A stretch of DNA of 64,000 bases from Candidatus Kerfeldbacteria bacterium (lineage in GTDB: Bacteria > Patescibacteriota > Patescibacteriia > UBA9570 > XYC2-FULL-38-9): assembly GCA_016182555.1 (NCBI GenBank), contig JACPGJ010000004.1, positions 14,751-78,750 on the forward strand, read 5' to 3'. Shown here piece by piece: positions 9,945 to 20,381 of the stretch (within the stretch, counting starts at the first letter, position 1; the number at the start of each line of letters is the position of its first letter). Position numbers and translations under genes: made by a program. Below the pieces are notes generated by a model that was not told the origin of the DNA, did not search any database, and saw only the letters and a list, made by a program, of their open reading frames with translations.

Positions 9945-12900
9945 TTAGTCGGCTTTCCGCTGCGTACTCGATTTGCTCACTTTGATCACGCCTTCCTCTT
10001 CCGAATATTCATTTGCCGTTTCTCGTGAATCATCTTGATCTCTGTCACGTGCCGCCGCCGCTCTTCCTCGTTCAGAGGTATCCACCGCTACACCCTGATC
10101 ATTCAACAACTCCACATCAAGACCTAATCCTTTCAACTCGCGCACCAACACATTAAATGATTCCGGCACATTCAATTTTTCAATTTCGTGTCCTTTAATG
10201 ACCGCTTCATACGCTTTTGAACGGCCAGGGACGTCGTCCGATTTAATCGTTAACATTTCTTGTAAAATATGAGCCGCGCCGTACGCTTCCAATGCCCACA
10301 CTTCCATTTCTCCAAAACGCTGGCCACCAAACTGCGCTTTACCACCTAATGGCTGCTGGGTCACCAGCGAGTATGGGCCAATCGAACGTTGGTGAATTTT
10401 ATCTTCCACCATGTGATTCAGTTTTAACATATAGGAATATCCACACATCACCGGCGACATGAATTTTTCACCCGTGCGGCCATCATGCAATTCAATTTTT
10501 CCAGCGCGCGGGAAACCAGCGCGCTCCAATTCTTCACGAATGGTTTCTGCCGGCACGCCATCAAACACCGGCGTTGCAACTTTGTAACCGAGCGCGTGCG
10601 CCGCCATACCCAAGTGGGCTTCAAGCACCTGGCCCAAGTTCATACGAGAAACGATACCGAGCGGGTTCAGCAACAAATCCACCGGCGTTCCATCAGCAAG
10701 AAATGGCATATCAGCAATAGGTACCACGCGAGAAATGACACCTTTATTTCCGTGACGACCAGCCATTTTGTCACCCACTTGAATTTTGCGTAATTGCGCA
10801 ATAGATACTTGAATGGTTTTAGTGACACCAGCCGGCAACTTGTCACCACTTTCTTTACTAAAAATTTTCACATCCACTACTTTGCCGTGTTCACCATGCG
10901 ACAAATACAGGGAAGAATCTTTCACATCTTTCGCTTTTTCGCCGAAGATCGCACGTAACAATTTTTCTTCCGCAGACAATTCGGTTTCTCCTTTTGGCGT
11001 AATTTTTCCAACAAGAATATCACCAGAAGATACTTGCGCACCAATGCGGATAATGCCGTCTTCGTCTAAATTCTTCAACTTCTCTTCCGAAACATTTGGA
11101 ATATCTCGTGTCACGACTTCTGGGCCCAGCTTTGTATCGCGTATATCCACAGAATAGTCTTCAATATGCACAGAGGTATAACGGTCATCTTGGACAATGC
11201 GTTCAGAAACTAAAATGGCGTCTTCGTAGTTACCACCTTCCCAGGGCATGTAGGCCACCAACACATTCTGTCCAAGCGCGAGTTCACCTTGGTCGGTGGA
11301 TGCACCGTCAGCAAGGACATCTCCTTTTTGAATTTTTTCTCCTTTTTCAACAATGGGGCGTTGGTTAATAGACGTGGAGGCGTTTGAACGCACAAATCGT
11401 TTCAAACGATATTCTTTCACGGTACCGCCATCTTCTTTGATGGTAATTTTATCTGCAGAAACAGCAGCAACACTTCCTCCTTCAGCGGCAACCACCACTT
11501 GCCCAGAATCTTTTGCGGCACGGTGTTCTACGCCAGTTCCAACAATCGGCGACTGTGGCACAATACACGGCACTGCCTGACGTTGCATGTTCGTTCCCAT
11601 CAATGCGCGCACCGCATCATCATGTTCCAAAAATGGAATCAACGCTGTTGAAATAGACACAATCTGCTTTGGCGACACATCCATATAATCAATCGTTTCG
11701 ACCGGCGCAATAATCGGTTTCATGTGTTGCCGTACTTCAGCGCGCTCTTTCACAAAATATCCCTGTTCATCAATCGGTGTTGTAGCGGCAGTCGTTGTCG
11801 TTTTTTCTTCCGTAAATGCGTCTAAATACACCACTTCTTTTGTGACACGCGGTTTCACTGGCACGGTAGCCAAATCGCTCATTTTCTTCACATGCTCTTT
11901 GCTCATTTTCTCTCCTGCTTTGACCACAACGTTCCCATTCACTTCAATATCTTTACGAGCAATCTCGCCTTCTGCGTCTTGTGGTTTTGGATCGTGGACG
12001 ACTTTACGGAAAGGGGTTTCAATAAATCCGAAATCATTAATGCGTGCAAATGAAGACAGGTGCCCTACTAAACCGATATTTGGTCCTTCTGGAGTCGCAA
12101 TCGGACAAATTCTGCCATAGTGAGTACGGTGCACATCGCGAACTTCAAAGCCAGCGCGTTCTCGTGTTAAACCACCGGGGCCCATCGCGCTTAAACGGCG
12201 TTTGTGTTCCAATTCTGCTAGTGGGTTTGTTTGGTCCATGAACTGCGACAACTGCGAAGACATGAAAAATTCTTTCACTGAACCAATCACCGGACGGGCA
12301 TTAATCAATTGGCCGGGAGTGAGCGTTTCAATATCTTTTGTCGACATACGATCTTTCACAATACGCTCCATGCGAGACAACCCAATACGGAATTTATTTT
12401 GCACCAATTCACCCACCGCACGAACACGACGGTTACCAAGATGGTCAATATCATCTGGTTCTTCTTGTGCGTTGTTCAAGCGAATCACTTCGCGAATAAT
12501 CGCCACTAAATCTTCACGACGTAATACACGTGTTTCCGGTGTATTCTCGATATCAAAACTAAACCGTTTGTTAATTTTGTAGCGACCAACGCGGCCAAAA
12601 TCATACCGATCAAAATTGAAGAACATCGCGTGAATCAAACTGCGTGCGTTATCGATCGTCGCCAAGTCCCCTGGGCGAATACGTTTATATACTTCTTTCA
12701 AGCCCTCTCCTTCAGATTTTGAAATATCTTTATCAATCGTTGCCTGAATGTATTGGTTATTTGGGTCAATATCAATATCTGTAAAGAGTGCGAGAATTTC
12801 CTCATCAGAGCCATACCCAAAGGCACGCAACAGCGCCGTTACCGCCACTTTACGTTTACGGTCAACTTTCACATAAATCACGTTATCGTGGTTTGTTTCA

Positions 12901-13430
12901 ATTTCTAGCCAGGCACCGCGGTTTGGAATAATTTTTGCACCATAGTACATGTTGCCTTTCAAAAATTCAGAAGTAAAAAAGACACCAGCAGAACGAATAA
13001 GCTGAGAAACAACCACGCGTTCGACACCGTTAATCACAAATGTTCCGCGGTCGGTCATGAGCGGGAAATCACCCAAAAATACCTCTTGTTCTTTTATTTC
13101 ATTCGTACGCTTGTTGACGAGTTTAGTATTCACACGCAACGCGGCTTCAAATGTGAGGTTCTTTTCACGCGCCGTTACTTCATCAAAACGGGGTTCGTCA
13201 AGATAATAATCTTGAAAAGAAAGCTCAAGGTCGCGACCAGTAAAATCTTGAATCGGCGAAATCTCTTCAAATAATTCTTTTAAGCCCTCTTTCAGGAACC
13301 AATCATAAGACGTTTTTTCAACCTCAATCAGGTCCGGCAACTGAGCTGCTTCATGGTTAGTGGTAAAGTACTTGCGCTGTCGCTTTGCTGTCGAGTTCGT
13401 GGATGGGGGTGTAGAAGATGTTTTCGGCAT
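9945..13430 (-). CDS. rpoB: DNA-directed RNA polymerase beta subunit (start taken at ATG 13430)
   Basis: [38 protein letters not shown]. Confidence 0.99.
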   Translation of the reverse strand: MPKTSSTPPSTNSTAKRQRKYFTTNHEAAQLPDLIEVEKTSYDWFLKEGLKELFEEISPIQDFTGRDLELSFQDYYLDEPRFDEVTAREKNLTFEAALRVNTKLVNKRTNEIKEQEVFLGDFPLMTDRGTFVINGVERVVVSQLIRSAGVFFTSEFLKGNMYYGAKIIPNRGAWLEIETNHDNVIYVKVDRKRKVAVTALLRAFGYGSDEEILALFTDIDIDPNNQYIQATIDKDISKSEGEGLKEVYKRIRPGDLATIDNARSLIHAMFFNFDRYDFGRVGRYKINKRFSFDIENTPETRVLRREDLVAIIREVIRLNNAQEEPDDIDHLGNRRVRAVGELVQNKFRIGLSRMERIVKDRMSTKDIETLTPGQLINARPVIGSVKEFFMSSQLSQFMDQTNPLAELEHKRRLSAMGPGGLTRERAGFEVRDVHRTHYGRICPIATPEGPNIGLVGHLSSFARINDFGFIETPFRKVVHDPKPQDAEGEIARKDIEVNGNVVVKAGEKMSKEHVKKMSDLATVPVKPRVTKEVVYLDAFTEEKTTTTAATTPIDEQGYFVKERAEVRQHMKPIIAPVETIDYMDVSPKQIVSISTALIPFLEHDDAVRALMGTNMQRQAVPCIVPQSPIVGTGVEHRAAKDSGQVVVAAEGGSVAAVSADKITIKEDGGTVKEYRLKRFVRSNASTSINQRPIVEKGEKIQKGDVLADGASTDQGELALGQNVLVAYMPWEGGNYEDAILVSERIVQDDRYTSVHIEDYSVDIRDTKLGPEVVTRDIPNVSEEKLKNLDEDGIIRIGAQVSSGDILVGKITPKGETELSAEEKLLRAIFGEKAKDVKDSSLYLSHGEHGKVVDVKIFSKESGDKLPAGVTKTIQVSIAQLRKIQVGDKMAGRHGNKGVISRVVPIADMPFLADGTPVDLLLNPLGIVSRMNLGQVLEAHLGMAAHALGYKVATPVFDGVPAETIREELERAGFPRAGKIELHDGRTGEKFMSPVMCGYSYMLKLNHMVEDKIHQRSIGPYSLVTQQPLGGKAQFGGQRFGEMEVWALEAYGAAHILQEMLTIKSDDVPGRSKAYEAVIKGHEIEKLNVPESFNVLVRELKGLGLDVELLNDQGVAVDTSERGRAAAARDRDQDDSRETANEYSEEEGVIKVSKSSTQRKAD

Positions 13431-13641
13431 AAGGCGTCGTAAATAATTACTCGTAAGATTGGCCCATTTTTCCTTTTTTCTGATAATTTCTAGAGAACAA
13501 AAAAGCCGCATGCTGCCCATCTCTTAGATCGAGGGAGGGAAACAAACGTCAGAAAAAAGCTACTCAATTATCGGCGGTGTTGTATATGGATGATAGACAC
13601 GGCGTTTTCGTTGAGGTGGGATTGTTTATGTATCAAGAGTA

Positions 13642-13670
13642 AATGTACGGATTTTTGCAGCAGCTGTCAA
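13642..13670 (-). promoter_or_regulatory. Putative sigma70 promoter of rpoBC (TTGACA-17-TACATT), implying a ~200-nt leader
   Basis: Plus strand TGTCAA 13665-13670 and AATGTA 13642-13647. Confidence 0.55.
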
Positions 13671-13698
13671 GGGGATATGGGTTTTTTTGTCAATAGGT

Positions 13699-13819
13699 TT
13701 TTCCACATGTATAAATTTGGCTAATGACAGCCAAGAACGAAACAAAAAAAGTTTGCAACTATTTTTTCCACCGCGAGCATGCATGAGGGTTACCCACATT
13801 CTCCACAGTGTTATGCACA
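13699..13819 (+). promoter_or_regulatory. Cluster of five co-oriented DnaA-box-like 9-mers
   Basis: TTTTCCACA 13699, TTTTCCACC 13764, TTACCCACA 13790, TTCTCCACA 13799, TTATGCACA 13811, compared with consensus TTWTNCACA. Confidence 0.55.
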
Positions 13820-13820
13820 G

Positions 13821-14825
13821 CTACTCATCAAAGTGTTTTTCTATCAAATATATAGGAGTTTCATTCCTCCCTATATCTTCGAATGTTAGGAGGCCCTGTT
13901 CACCGCTGCGCATTTTCACATGTGTTCCAGAAAATGTTGGTACATTTACCGTGTTTTCATACGGATCTCCTATTGTAAGTTGAGTATAAAGATACCGGGC
14001 AAACTCTCGATTCAATCCTAATCGTCCGAAATGATCTTTTGCCTCAAAGAATGCCTCTGCGGTGACGGGTAACAACTGACGTGGTAATATCCTCGTCTCC
14101 GCGTGTTGCCTCTGGGCAGTGTATGTTGCTTCTGCTATTTCAATAAACGCCCCGCCAAAACGTGTTTGTGGAATACTTACTTCTTTATTTTTAACGGTTG
14201 AACGCAGCACAATCTCTGGAGCAAGTGAAAACTGCGACTCTTGCTCTGCGCTGCAAGTCAAACGAAGAACCACTGTGCCTTCCGGAGGACGATGAACCAA
14301 AAAACGACGCTCTTGAAGAAAATTCAATGCGCCAGGAATTGATTGTAATTTAGACGGTGTTGCTTCTATTACGTTCCACTCTTTAGCTGATGCAATAACC
14401 CCATCCAGTGAAGGAACAGATTGAATATCTTCTAAAAATTTATTCTGCATTGCTCCTAACCGATCCATCCAATAGTCATCTCTTTTTAAGCTATCCAATC
14501 GTTCTATCGCACGCTCAACTGTTTTCAGACCATCTCGAGCCTCCTGCGCAAGCACTGGAGGAAGTGTTTGCAGTTTTGTTCTCAATTCTTGCACCAAATG
14601 ATAAACGTTTTGCTGTGTTTCCTTATTTTGTGCAATAACATGCTGTATTTGTCCACTATCAATACCATAACGCTGATGTATCTTCGTACTTAAACTTGGG
14701 TACTGATCGAGATATTTAGCATATTGAGGCAGTTGCATTCTCAATGCTGCAACAAGATCTGGCAACGGTGTTTGTTCCAATAGCGGCCGCGCCTCTGTTT
14801 GTGGTTCGAATTCTCTCCTTATCAT
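13821..14825 (-). CDS. Hypothetical protein with N-terminal helical/coiled-coil region
   Basis: Long ORF (to 14861), likely start MIRREFEP at 14825; no recognisable motif. Confidence 0.6.
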   Translation of the reverse strand: MIRREFEPQTEARPLLEQTPLPDLVAALRMQLPQYAKYLDQYPSLSTKIHQRYGIDSGQIQHVIAQNKETQQNVYHLVQELRTKLQTLPPVLAQEARDGLKTVERAIERLDSLKRDDYWMDRLGAMQNKFLEDIQSVPSLDGVIASAKEWNVIEATPSKLQSIPGALNFLQERRFLVHRPPEGTVVLRLTCSAEQESQFSLAPEIVLRSTVKNKEVSIPQTRFGGAFIEIAEATYTAQRQHAETRILPRQLLPVTAEAFFEAKDHFGRLGLNREFARYLYTQLTIGDPYENTVNVPTFSGTHVKMRSGEQGLLTFEDIGRNETPIYLIEKHFDE

Positions 14826-14874
14826 AAATAATGTATGAATATTTACCAATATATTATACACATAAACCGCCTAT

Positions 14875-16188
14875 TTACAAGGAATGTATAATTTCACGCA
14901 AAACCTGACGGTCATCCCAATCAATTTTGCGGCCACCGGATACACACATTTTTTGTTCTGCCCCTTTGCACGGAATAATCACGACGTCACCAGGCCCCGC
15001 CAATGCACAGGCTTTCTGTATTGCTTCACGCCGATCTACAATTTCCCACATATTTTCACCCAACATTTTTCCGCCAGCACGGGTTCCTTCTGCCACCGCA
15101 TTCATAATGGTCCGTGGGTCTTCATCATACGGGTCTTCATCCGTCACAATCACCACATCACAATACTTCGCGGCCACCGCACCATTTTTTTGGCGCCGCG
15201 CCACATCGCGACCGCCACCCGTAGAACTAATGAGCGTAATCAATTTTTTGCCGCCAGATGCCGCGGACAAACGTTTACGCCAAAACGCATACAATAATTC
15301 TAAACTGCGCGGTTCGTGCGCGTAGTCTACAATCACGGTAAATGGTTGGCCTGCATCAATAAATTCCATACGCCCCGGCACTTGTGGAATAGAAGGAAGT
15401 GACGAAATGATTTGTTCCAATGGCACACCAACAGCCAACGCCGCACCGGCCGCAACAATCGCATTACTCACATTCCACCGGCCAAGCAGCGGAATAGTGA
15501 CCGTGTGCCCATTCAGGTCAAACACCGTATGGTTCAATTCTTCTTGAATATGTCCAATAACTAAATCATTTCCGGCCGCATCTCCAATACGGATTTTTCG
15601 GTAGTCGCCGATAGCTGCAAATTCCTGCGCATATTCTGAATCCATATTGAAGATGCCCGCTTTCTCCACGGGTTTGCCAGCAATGTTTTTCACTGGCAAT
15701 TGCGCCAACCGACGAAATAATTCTAACTTTGCTGCTTTATATTCGCTAAACCCACCGTGCGCTTCCAAATGTTCAGGGGTTAAATTGGTAAACACCGCAA
15801 TGTCATAGGCAATACCAATGTGGCGCCATTGTTTAATTCCTTCCGACGTGGTTTCCACAATCGCAATATCACAACCCGCATCTGCCATGCGCTTGAGCCA
15901 AGCCTGCAGTTTAAAGCGCCCGAGCATGGTCATTTTGTATGTGGACAATTCTTCGTAGGAACCCACGCGATAATTTAATGTGCCGGTAAGACCCACGGTA
16001 TGTCCGGCATCGGTAAGCAATTTCCATAAAATATTACTGGTCGTCGATTTTCCTTTGGTGCCAGTCACACCAATAACTACCATACGTCGAGATGGGTGCC
16101 CATAGCGAACATCTGCGCACATGGCAAGCAACCGATGGTAGGTGGACAACCACGAAGCCGGAATAATTTTTTTGAGTACCGCTTTCAC
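14875..16188 (-). CDS. murE: UDP-N-acetylmuramyl-tripeptide synthetase (Mur ligase), start taken at GTG 16188
   Basis: GVTGTKGKST, ETTSEG, TNLTPEHL, PGRME, VDYAHEP, DEDPYDE. Confidence 0.88.
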   Translation of the reverse strand: MKAVLKKIIPASWLSTYHRLLAMCADVRYGHPSRRMVVIGVTGTKGKSTTSNILWKLLTDAGHTVGLTGTLNYRVGSYEELSTYKMTMLGRFKLQAWLKRMADAGCDIAIVETTSEGIKQWRHIGIAYDIAVFTNLTPEHLEAHGGFSEYKAAKLELFRRLAQLPVKNIAGKPVEKAGIFNMDSEYAQEFAAIGDYRKIRIGDAAGNDLVIGHIQEELNHTVFDLNGHTVTIPLLGRWNVSNAIVAAGAALAVGVPLEQIISSLPSIPQVPGRMEFIDAGQPFTVIVDYAHEPRSLELLYAFWRKRLSAASGGKKLITLISSTGGGRDVARRQKNGAVAAKYCDVVIVTDEDPYDEDPRTIMNAVAEGTRAGGKMLGENMWEIVDRREAIQKACALAGPGDVVIIPCKGAEQKMCVSGGRKIDWDDRQVLREIIHSL

Positions 16189-16205
16189 AATAAATATGTT
16201 ACCGA

Positions 16206-16670
16206 CTATTTTGTGCTCTTTGTTTTCCTGGCAACGGCATCGGATTCTGATGCAGTAAATAATGGCCCAATGACATGTAAAAGAAGTGCGATGAAGGCCG
16301 TGCCAAAAATAGCGACCATATACCATTGCGTCGCCACCGCCATACCAATCGCGGCACATACCCATAACCCCGCTGCCGTCGTAAGACCACGTACGCGTTC
16401 ATTACGAAAAATAATGACCCCCGCGCCGATAAACCCAATACCGGTGACAACTTCGGACATAATACGAGACGGATCGATAATCATCGTGGGTGACGTGAAC
16501 TGAACCAGCGCATGTAAGGCGATGAGCGTGAACAATGCTGAACCAAATGCAACCAGTGCATGCGTGCGCACTCCCGCTTCTTTATGGTGCGTTTCTCGTT
16601 CAAATCCAATCACCCCACCCAATGCCGCTGCCAAGATTAACTGTCCTAATACAATGAATTGAATATTCAT
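16206..16670 (-). CDS. MgtC/SapB family membrane protein
   Basis: IGFERE...AGVRTH, GIGFIGAGVI, GLTTAAGLW. Confidence 0.92.
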   Translation of the reverse strand: MNIQFIVLGQLILAAALGGVIGFERETHHKEAGVRTHALVAFGSALFTLIALHALVQFTSPTMIIDPSRIMSEVVTGIGFIGAGVIIFRNERVRGLTTAAGLWVCAAIGMAVATQWYMVAIFGTAFIALLLHVIGPLFTASESDAVARKTKSTK

Positions 16671-16755
16671 AATGCTATTGTATCATCTGGATCAATGAAA
16701 TTCCAGCAATTGAGAGAATACAAAATATAAAACAGGCGAATATGTAATATTTTTA

Positions 16756-16803
16756 TATCATGAATACCAATATTTTGACAAATTTTTGTATTCATGATAC
16801 TAT
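16756..16803 (+). promoter_or_regulatory. Promoter TTGACA-17-TACTAT flanked by a perfect 12-bp inverted repeat (operator); probably leaderless transcript
   Basis: TATCATGAATAC 16756-16767 / GTATTCATGATA 16788-16799; -35 at 16775, -10 at 16798, ATG at 16810. Confidence 0.65.
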
Positions 16804-16809
16804 TTTTTT

Positions 16810-17934
16810 ATGTTAAAACGATTTTTTCAGCTAGAATCATTGGTAGAACCTGGGCAGGTGTTGGTTATTTATGGGCCGCGTCGCGTTGGGAAAACAACCC
16901 TCCTGCAAGAGTTTCTCTCTTTTACTTCGTTACGATATAAGAGAGATTCAGGGGATAATATTCGTGTGCAGCATATATTGAGTTCTCAAGATTTTCCCAC
17001 TATTTTAGAGTATGTTGAAGGATATCAATTATTAGCTATTGATGAAGCACAAACAATTCCCCATGTTGGAAAAGGATTGAAAATTATTGTAGACGAAAGA
17101 CCCGATATGATGGTTATTGCCACTGGTTCATCGTCATTTGATTTAGCCAATACTATTGGCGAGCCTCTCACTGGACGCAAACGAACAATTACCCTCTATC
17201 CGTTTGCACAGATGGAATTATTGAATATCTATAACCGTCATGAATTACGAGAGCGTCTACCTGAATTTTTAGTCTACGGTTCCTATCCTCAGGTGGTGAC
17301 CGCGCAAACGCATGAGAAAAAAATAATTATTCTGCAAGAGTTGGTTGATTCTTATATTTTGAAAGATATTTTGCAGATGGAAAAAGTGAAAGGATCAAAA
17401 ATATTATTAAATCTGTTAAAATTGTTGGCTTTTCAGGTTGGTCAGGAAGTGTCATATCATGAATTAGCAACGCAGCTGGGGATAAATGTAAAAACCGTAC
17501 AGCGATACATCGATTTATTTGAAAAAACATTTCTTATTACGCACCTGAGTGGATTTAGTCGAAATTTGCGAAAGGAAATAACCAAGAAAAATAAATATTA
17601 TTTTCTCGATAACGGTATACGCAACGCGATCATTGCGCAATTCAATTCTCTAGAAAATCGAAATGATGTAGGTGCTCTGTGGGAAAATTTTGTGGTCATG
17701 GAACGCATGAAAAAACGGAGCTATCACACACTCATTGCGAATGCGTATTTTTGGCGAACATATTCTGGGCAAGAGATTGATCTTATTGAGGAGCGCGGAG
17801 GACAGTTGTATGCGTATGAATGTAAGTGGGCACACAATAAAAATATTCGCCCACCAAAAGAATGGAGCCAAACGTATAAGCATACATCTTTTGAAGTGAT
17901 CACCCCGCAAAATTATCTGGATTTTATAACGTAA
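16810..17934 (+). CDS. AAA_14 ATPase with DUF4143 (wHTH plus PD-(D/E)XK-like) domain
   Basis: GPRRVGKTT, IDEAQ, TGSS, LTGR, YFLDNG, ENFV, YFWRT...EIDLI...YECK. Confidence 0.9.
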   Translation: MLKRFFQLESLVEPGQVLVIYGPRRVGKTTLLQEFLSFTSLRYKRDSGDNIRVQHILSSQDFPTILEYVEGYQLLAIDEAQTIPHVGKGLKIIVDERPDMMVIATGSSSFDLANTIGEPLTGRKRTITLYPFAQMELLNIYNRHELRERLPEFLVYGSYPQVVTAQTHEKKIIILQELVDSYILKDILQMEKVKGSKILLNLLKLLAFQVGQEVSYHELATQLGINVKTVQRYIDLFEKTFLITHLSGFSRNLRKEITKKNKYYFLDNGIRNAIIAQFNSLENRNDVGALWENFVVMERMKKRSYHTLIANAYFWRTYSGQEIDLIEERGGQLYAYECKWAHNKNIRPPKEWSQTYKHTSFEVITPQNYLDFIT

Positions 17935-17950
17935 AAATCCTATAGTAAAA

Positions 17951-18721
17951 TCAAGTGTAATGGGAATAGTGATTATCAGGGCAAAAATCCCACATGTATT
18001 TGAACCAGATACGGAAAGAGTCAGCAATCTGTTGATTCACAATCACGGTAAACGAAAAATCTTCATCATCAAATCCACCGATTTGGATATTTGAAATAAT
18101 ATTCACCTGATCACCAAATATATCAATCGCTCCACCTGGAGCAGAATATCCGTTGGGAAGAAATTTATAGTTTTTTGTGATATCTTTCAAAATCTCAGGT
18201 AGTTGATCTTGTACTTCCCAATCAAACAGGTGATAAAATTCAATGTTCTTTCGCTTTGCTTCTTTCAAAAATTGCGGGTAGAAATGTTTCACGCGTTCAT
18301 CGAGCCAGCCACCTTTTGCGGCAATAAAATACGCAGGCTCTCCAATACGCAACATATCACGCATATAGTTTTTCCATCCTTCTGGGCCTTTATAGATATA
18401 CACCTCATTTTCCTTTGGTGTTGCCCGATAGAGCTTCTGTAAATCAGGGAGTGATTTTTGCAATTCTGTTTCCTTTTCTTTGAGTAATTCCAATAGTTTA
18501 TCAGGATCAACCGGTTTGTAGTTGCTTTCTCCTTTTTGGAGAATAGGGAAGACTAAGCCTTTATCCATCATGCGATTGAGCACATCATAGATATTGCGAC
18601 GGTTAATATTGGTCTCTATCGCTATTTTACTCACAGTCGCTTCACCGAATTCCAACAGAGTCTCATAGATTTGAGCCTCGTTTTTTGATAAGCCTAAGTT
18701 TTGTAAAAGCTCTAAATACAT
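17951..18721 (-). CDS. TrmB-family transcriptional regulator
   Basis: LGLSKNEAQIYETLLEFG...RRNIYDVL...KGLV wHTH plus C-terminal effector domain. Confidence 0.85.
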   Translation of the reverse strand: MYLELLQNLGLSKNEAQIYETLLEFGEATVSKIAIETNINRRNIYDVLNRMMDKGLVFPILQKGESNYKPVDPDKLLELLKEKETELQKSLPDLQKLYRATPKENEVYIYKGPEGWKNYMRDMLRIGEPAYFIAAKGGWLDERVKHFYPQFLKEAKRKNIEFYHLFDWEVQDQLPEILKDITKNYKFLPNGYSAPGGAIDIFGDQVNIISNIQIGGFDDEDFSFTVIVNQQIADSFRIWFKYMWDFCPDNHYSHYT

Positions 18722-18827
18722 AGATTATTTTTATAGTGGTGGTATATACAACATCGCGGTGGTCTTTGCCACTCATAAATAAGCGTATACAATCTGAGCA
18801 GTTTAAGCAAATAAGTTATTCACAGAT

Positions 18828-20381
18828 ATGAATCAGCTTCTCACTCTGACTACCAAGCAAGGATACCTACTCTTGGTTGCCTACGGACTATTCATGATTG
18901 TCATTACGTATTTTTTTGCTCGCTGGAAGCGATATCGAAGTATTCAAGGTTTTTTGGTTGCTGAGCGTAATATAAGTTGGTGGCTTGGTGCAACCAGTAT
19001 TGCTGCATCATGGATTTGGGCACCTGCATTATTTATCTCTGTACAAATGGCCTATCAAAAAGGGTTGGCTGGAATTTTTTGGTTTACGTTTCCGAATATC
19101 ATTGCTTTGCTGCTCTATATTTTTCTTGCCCCAAAAATTCGTGAAAAATTGCCGTACGGATATACACTCCCACAGTGGATTCGCTATCGATTACAAAGTG
19201 AACGAGTTCATAAAATATATCTATTTCCCTATTTCTTTTATCAATTGATGGCTGTAACAGTACAGTTATATGCAGGCGGGAGCCTTGTTGCATTGCTTAC
19301 AGGGATTCCATTGATCCATGCCATGCTGATTATGGCTATCACCGTGTTGATCTATGCATTAATCTCTGGTTTGGAGTCATCCTTTGTAACAGATTTTATA
19401 CAATTCATTCTCATTGTTATTGGTGTAGGAGTTGTGGTTCCATGGGCGATTCATAGTGCTGGTGGATGGGCGCAAGTAACTCAAGGGTTTGGGGGGATAA
19501 CTGGTGAATTTGGAAATATTTTTGATTCCTCAGTAGCGTTTTCATTTGGAATTGTCACAGCTATTGGGTTAATTTCAGGAGCTATTTCAGATCAACAATA
19601 TTGGCAAAGAGCTTTTGCCATCAAAAAAGAAAATCTTGTCCCTTCATTTGTCTTTGGAGCAATAATGTTTGGCATTGTACCAATAGCGCTATCAAGTTTA
19701 GGGTTTTTAGCCGCAAATCAACAACTTGGAATTCAACTTCCTGCAGGAGTAGATATTTCAATGATTGGAGTTGCAACAGTCAGTCACTTATTGCCTGTTG
19801 GTGCGATTGGATTATTTGTTATTATGCTCTTGAGTGCATTGTATTCGACACTCGATTCAGGAGTCGTTGCCACAAGTTCACTATATGTGACAGATGTAGT
19901 GAAATATACAGAGAAGGAACAAGAAATATTGAAAAAAATTGATCGAGACGAAAAACTTCCCCCAGAAGAAGCTGAGATCGGCAAGATGCTTGATGATCGA
20001 GGAGTGTGGCATTCACGAAAGGCCATGCTCATGATTACTATCCTTGGGTTTTTTGTTGCATTAACCACACAATATATTCCTGGGTTTGGATTGAAGCATT
20101 TGTGGTGGATATTTAATACCGTGGCAGCGTGTGTAGTAGTACCAACAGTACTCAGTTTATATTGGGAACGTTTAGATGCGCGTGGGGTATTTTGGGGAGT
20201 ACTGGTTGCTTTTATTATTGGAGTACCTCTTTTTGTGTATGGAAACATTATTGACAAGCCTTCGTGGATTGTTGGTGCATCAGTATTCATTATTGCTGTG
20301 AGTACAGGATTTTGTTTGGTGTTTTCTGCGGGGTGGTCGTTTTTTAATAAAACTAATACACCCAACCCGAAGCGACGGTGA
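18828..20381 (+). CDS. Sodium:solute symporter family transporter (DUR3 urea/polyamine-like)
   Basis: About 13 TM helices; FLVAER, SIAASWIWAPAL, TDFIQ, DQQYWQRAFA, STLDS. Confidence 0.85.
   Translation: MNQLLTLTTKQGYLLLVAYGLFMIVITYFFARWKRYRSIQGFLVAERNISWWLGATSIAASWIWAPALFISVQMAYQKGLAGIFWFTFPNIIALLLYIFLAPKIREKLPYGYTLPQWIRYRLQSERVHKIYLFPYFFYQLMAVTVQLYAGGSLVALLTGIPLIHAMLIMAITVLIYALISGLESSFVTDFIQFILIVIGVGVVVPWAIHSAGGWAQVTQGFGGITGEFGNIFDSSVAFSFGIVTAIGLISGAISDQQYWQRAFAIKKENLVPSFVFGAIMFGIVPIALSSLGFLAANQQLGIQLPAGVDISMIGVATVSHLLPVGAIGLFVIMLLSALYSTLDSGVVATSSLYVTDVVKYTEKEQEILKKIDRDEKLPPEEAEIGKMLDDRGVWHSRKAMLMITILGFFVALTTQYIPGFGLKHLWWIFNTVAACVVVPTVLSLYWERLDARGVFWGVLVAFIIGVPLFVYGNIIDKPSWIVGASVFIIAVSTGFCLVFSAGWSFFNKTNTPNPKRR

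Noticed and set aside
6227-13274. Many 60-200 aa ORFs antisense to or overlapping rpoB/rpoC (and other long genes)
   Set aside because: Shadow ORFs arising from codon bias; no motifs or independent expression signals
13699-13819. oriC
   Set aside because: No dnaA/dnaN nearby and no switch in gene orientation across the site
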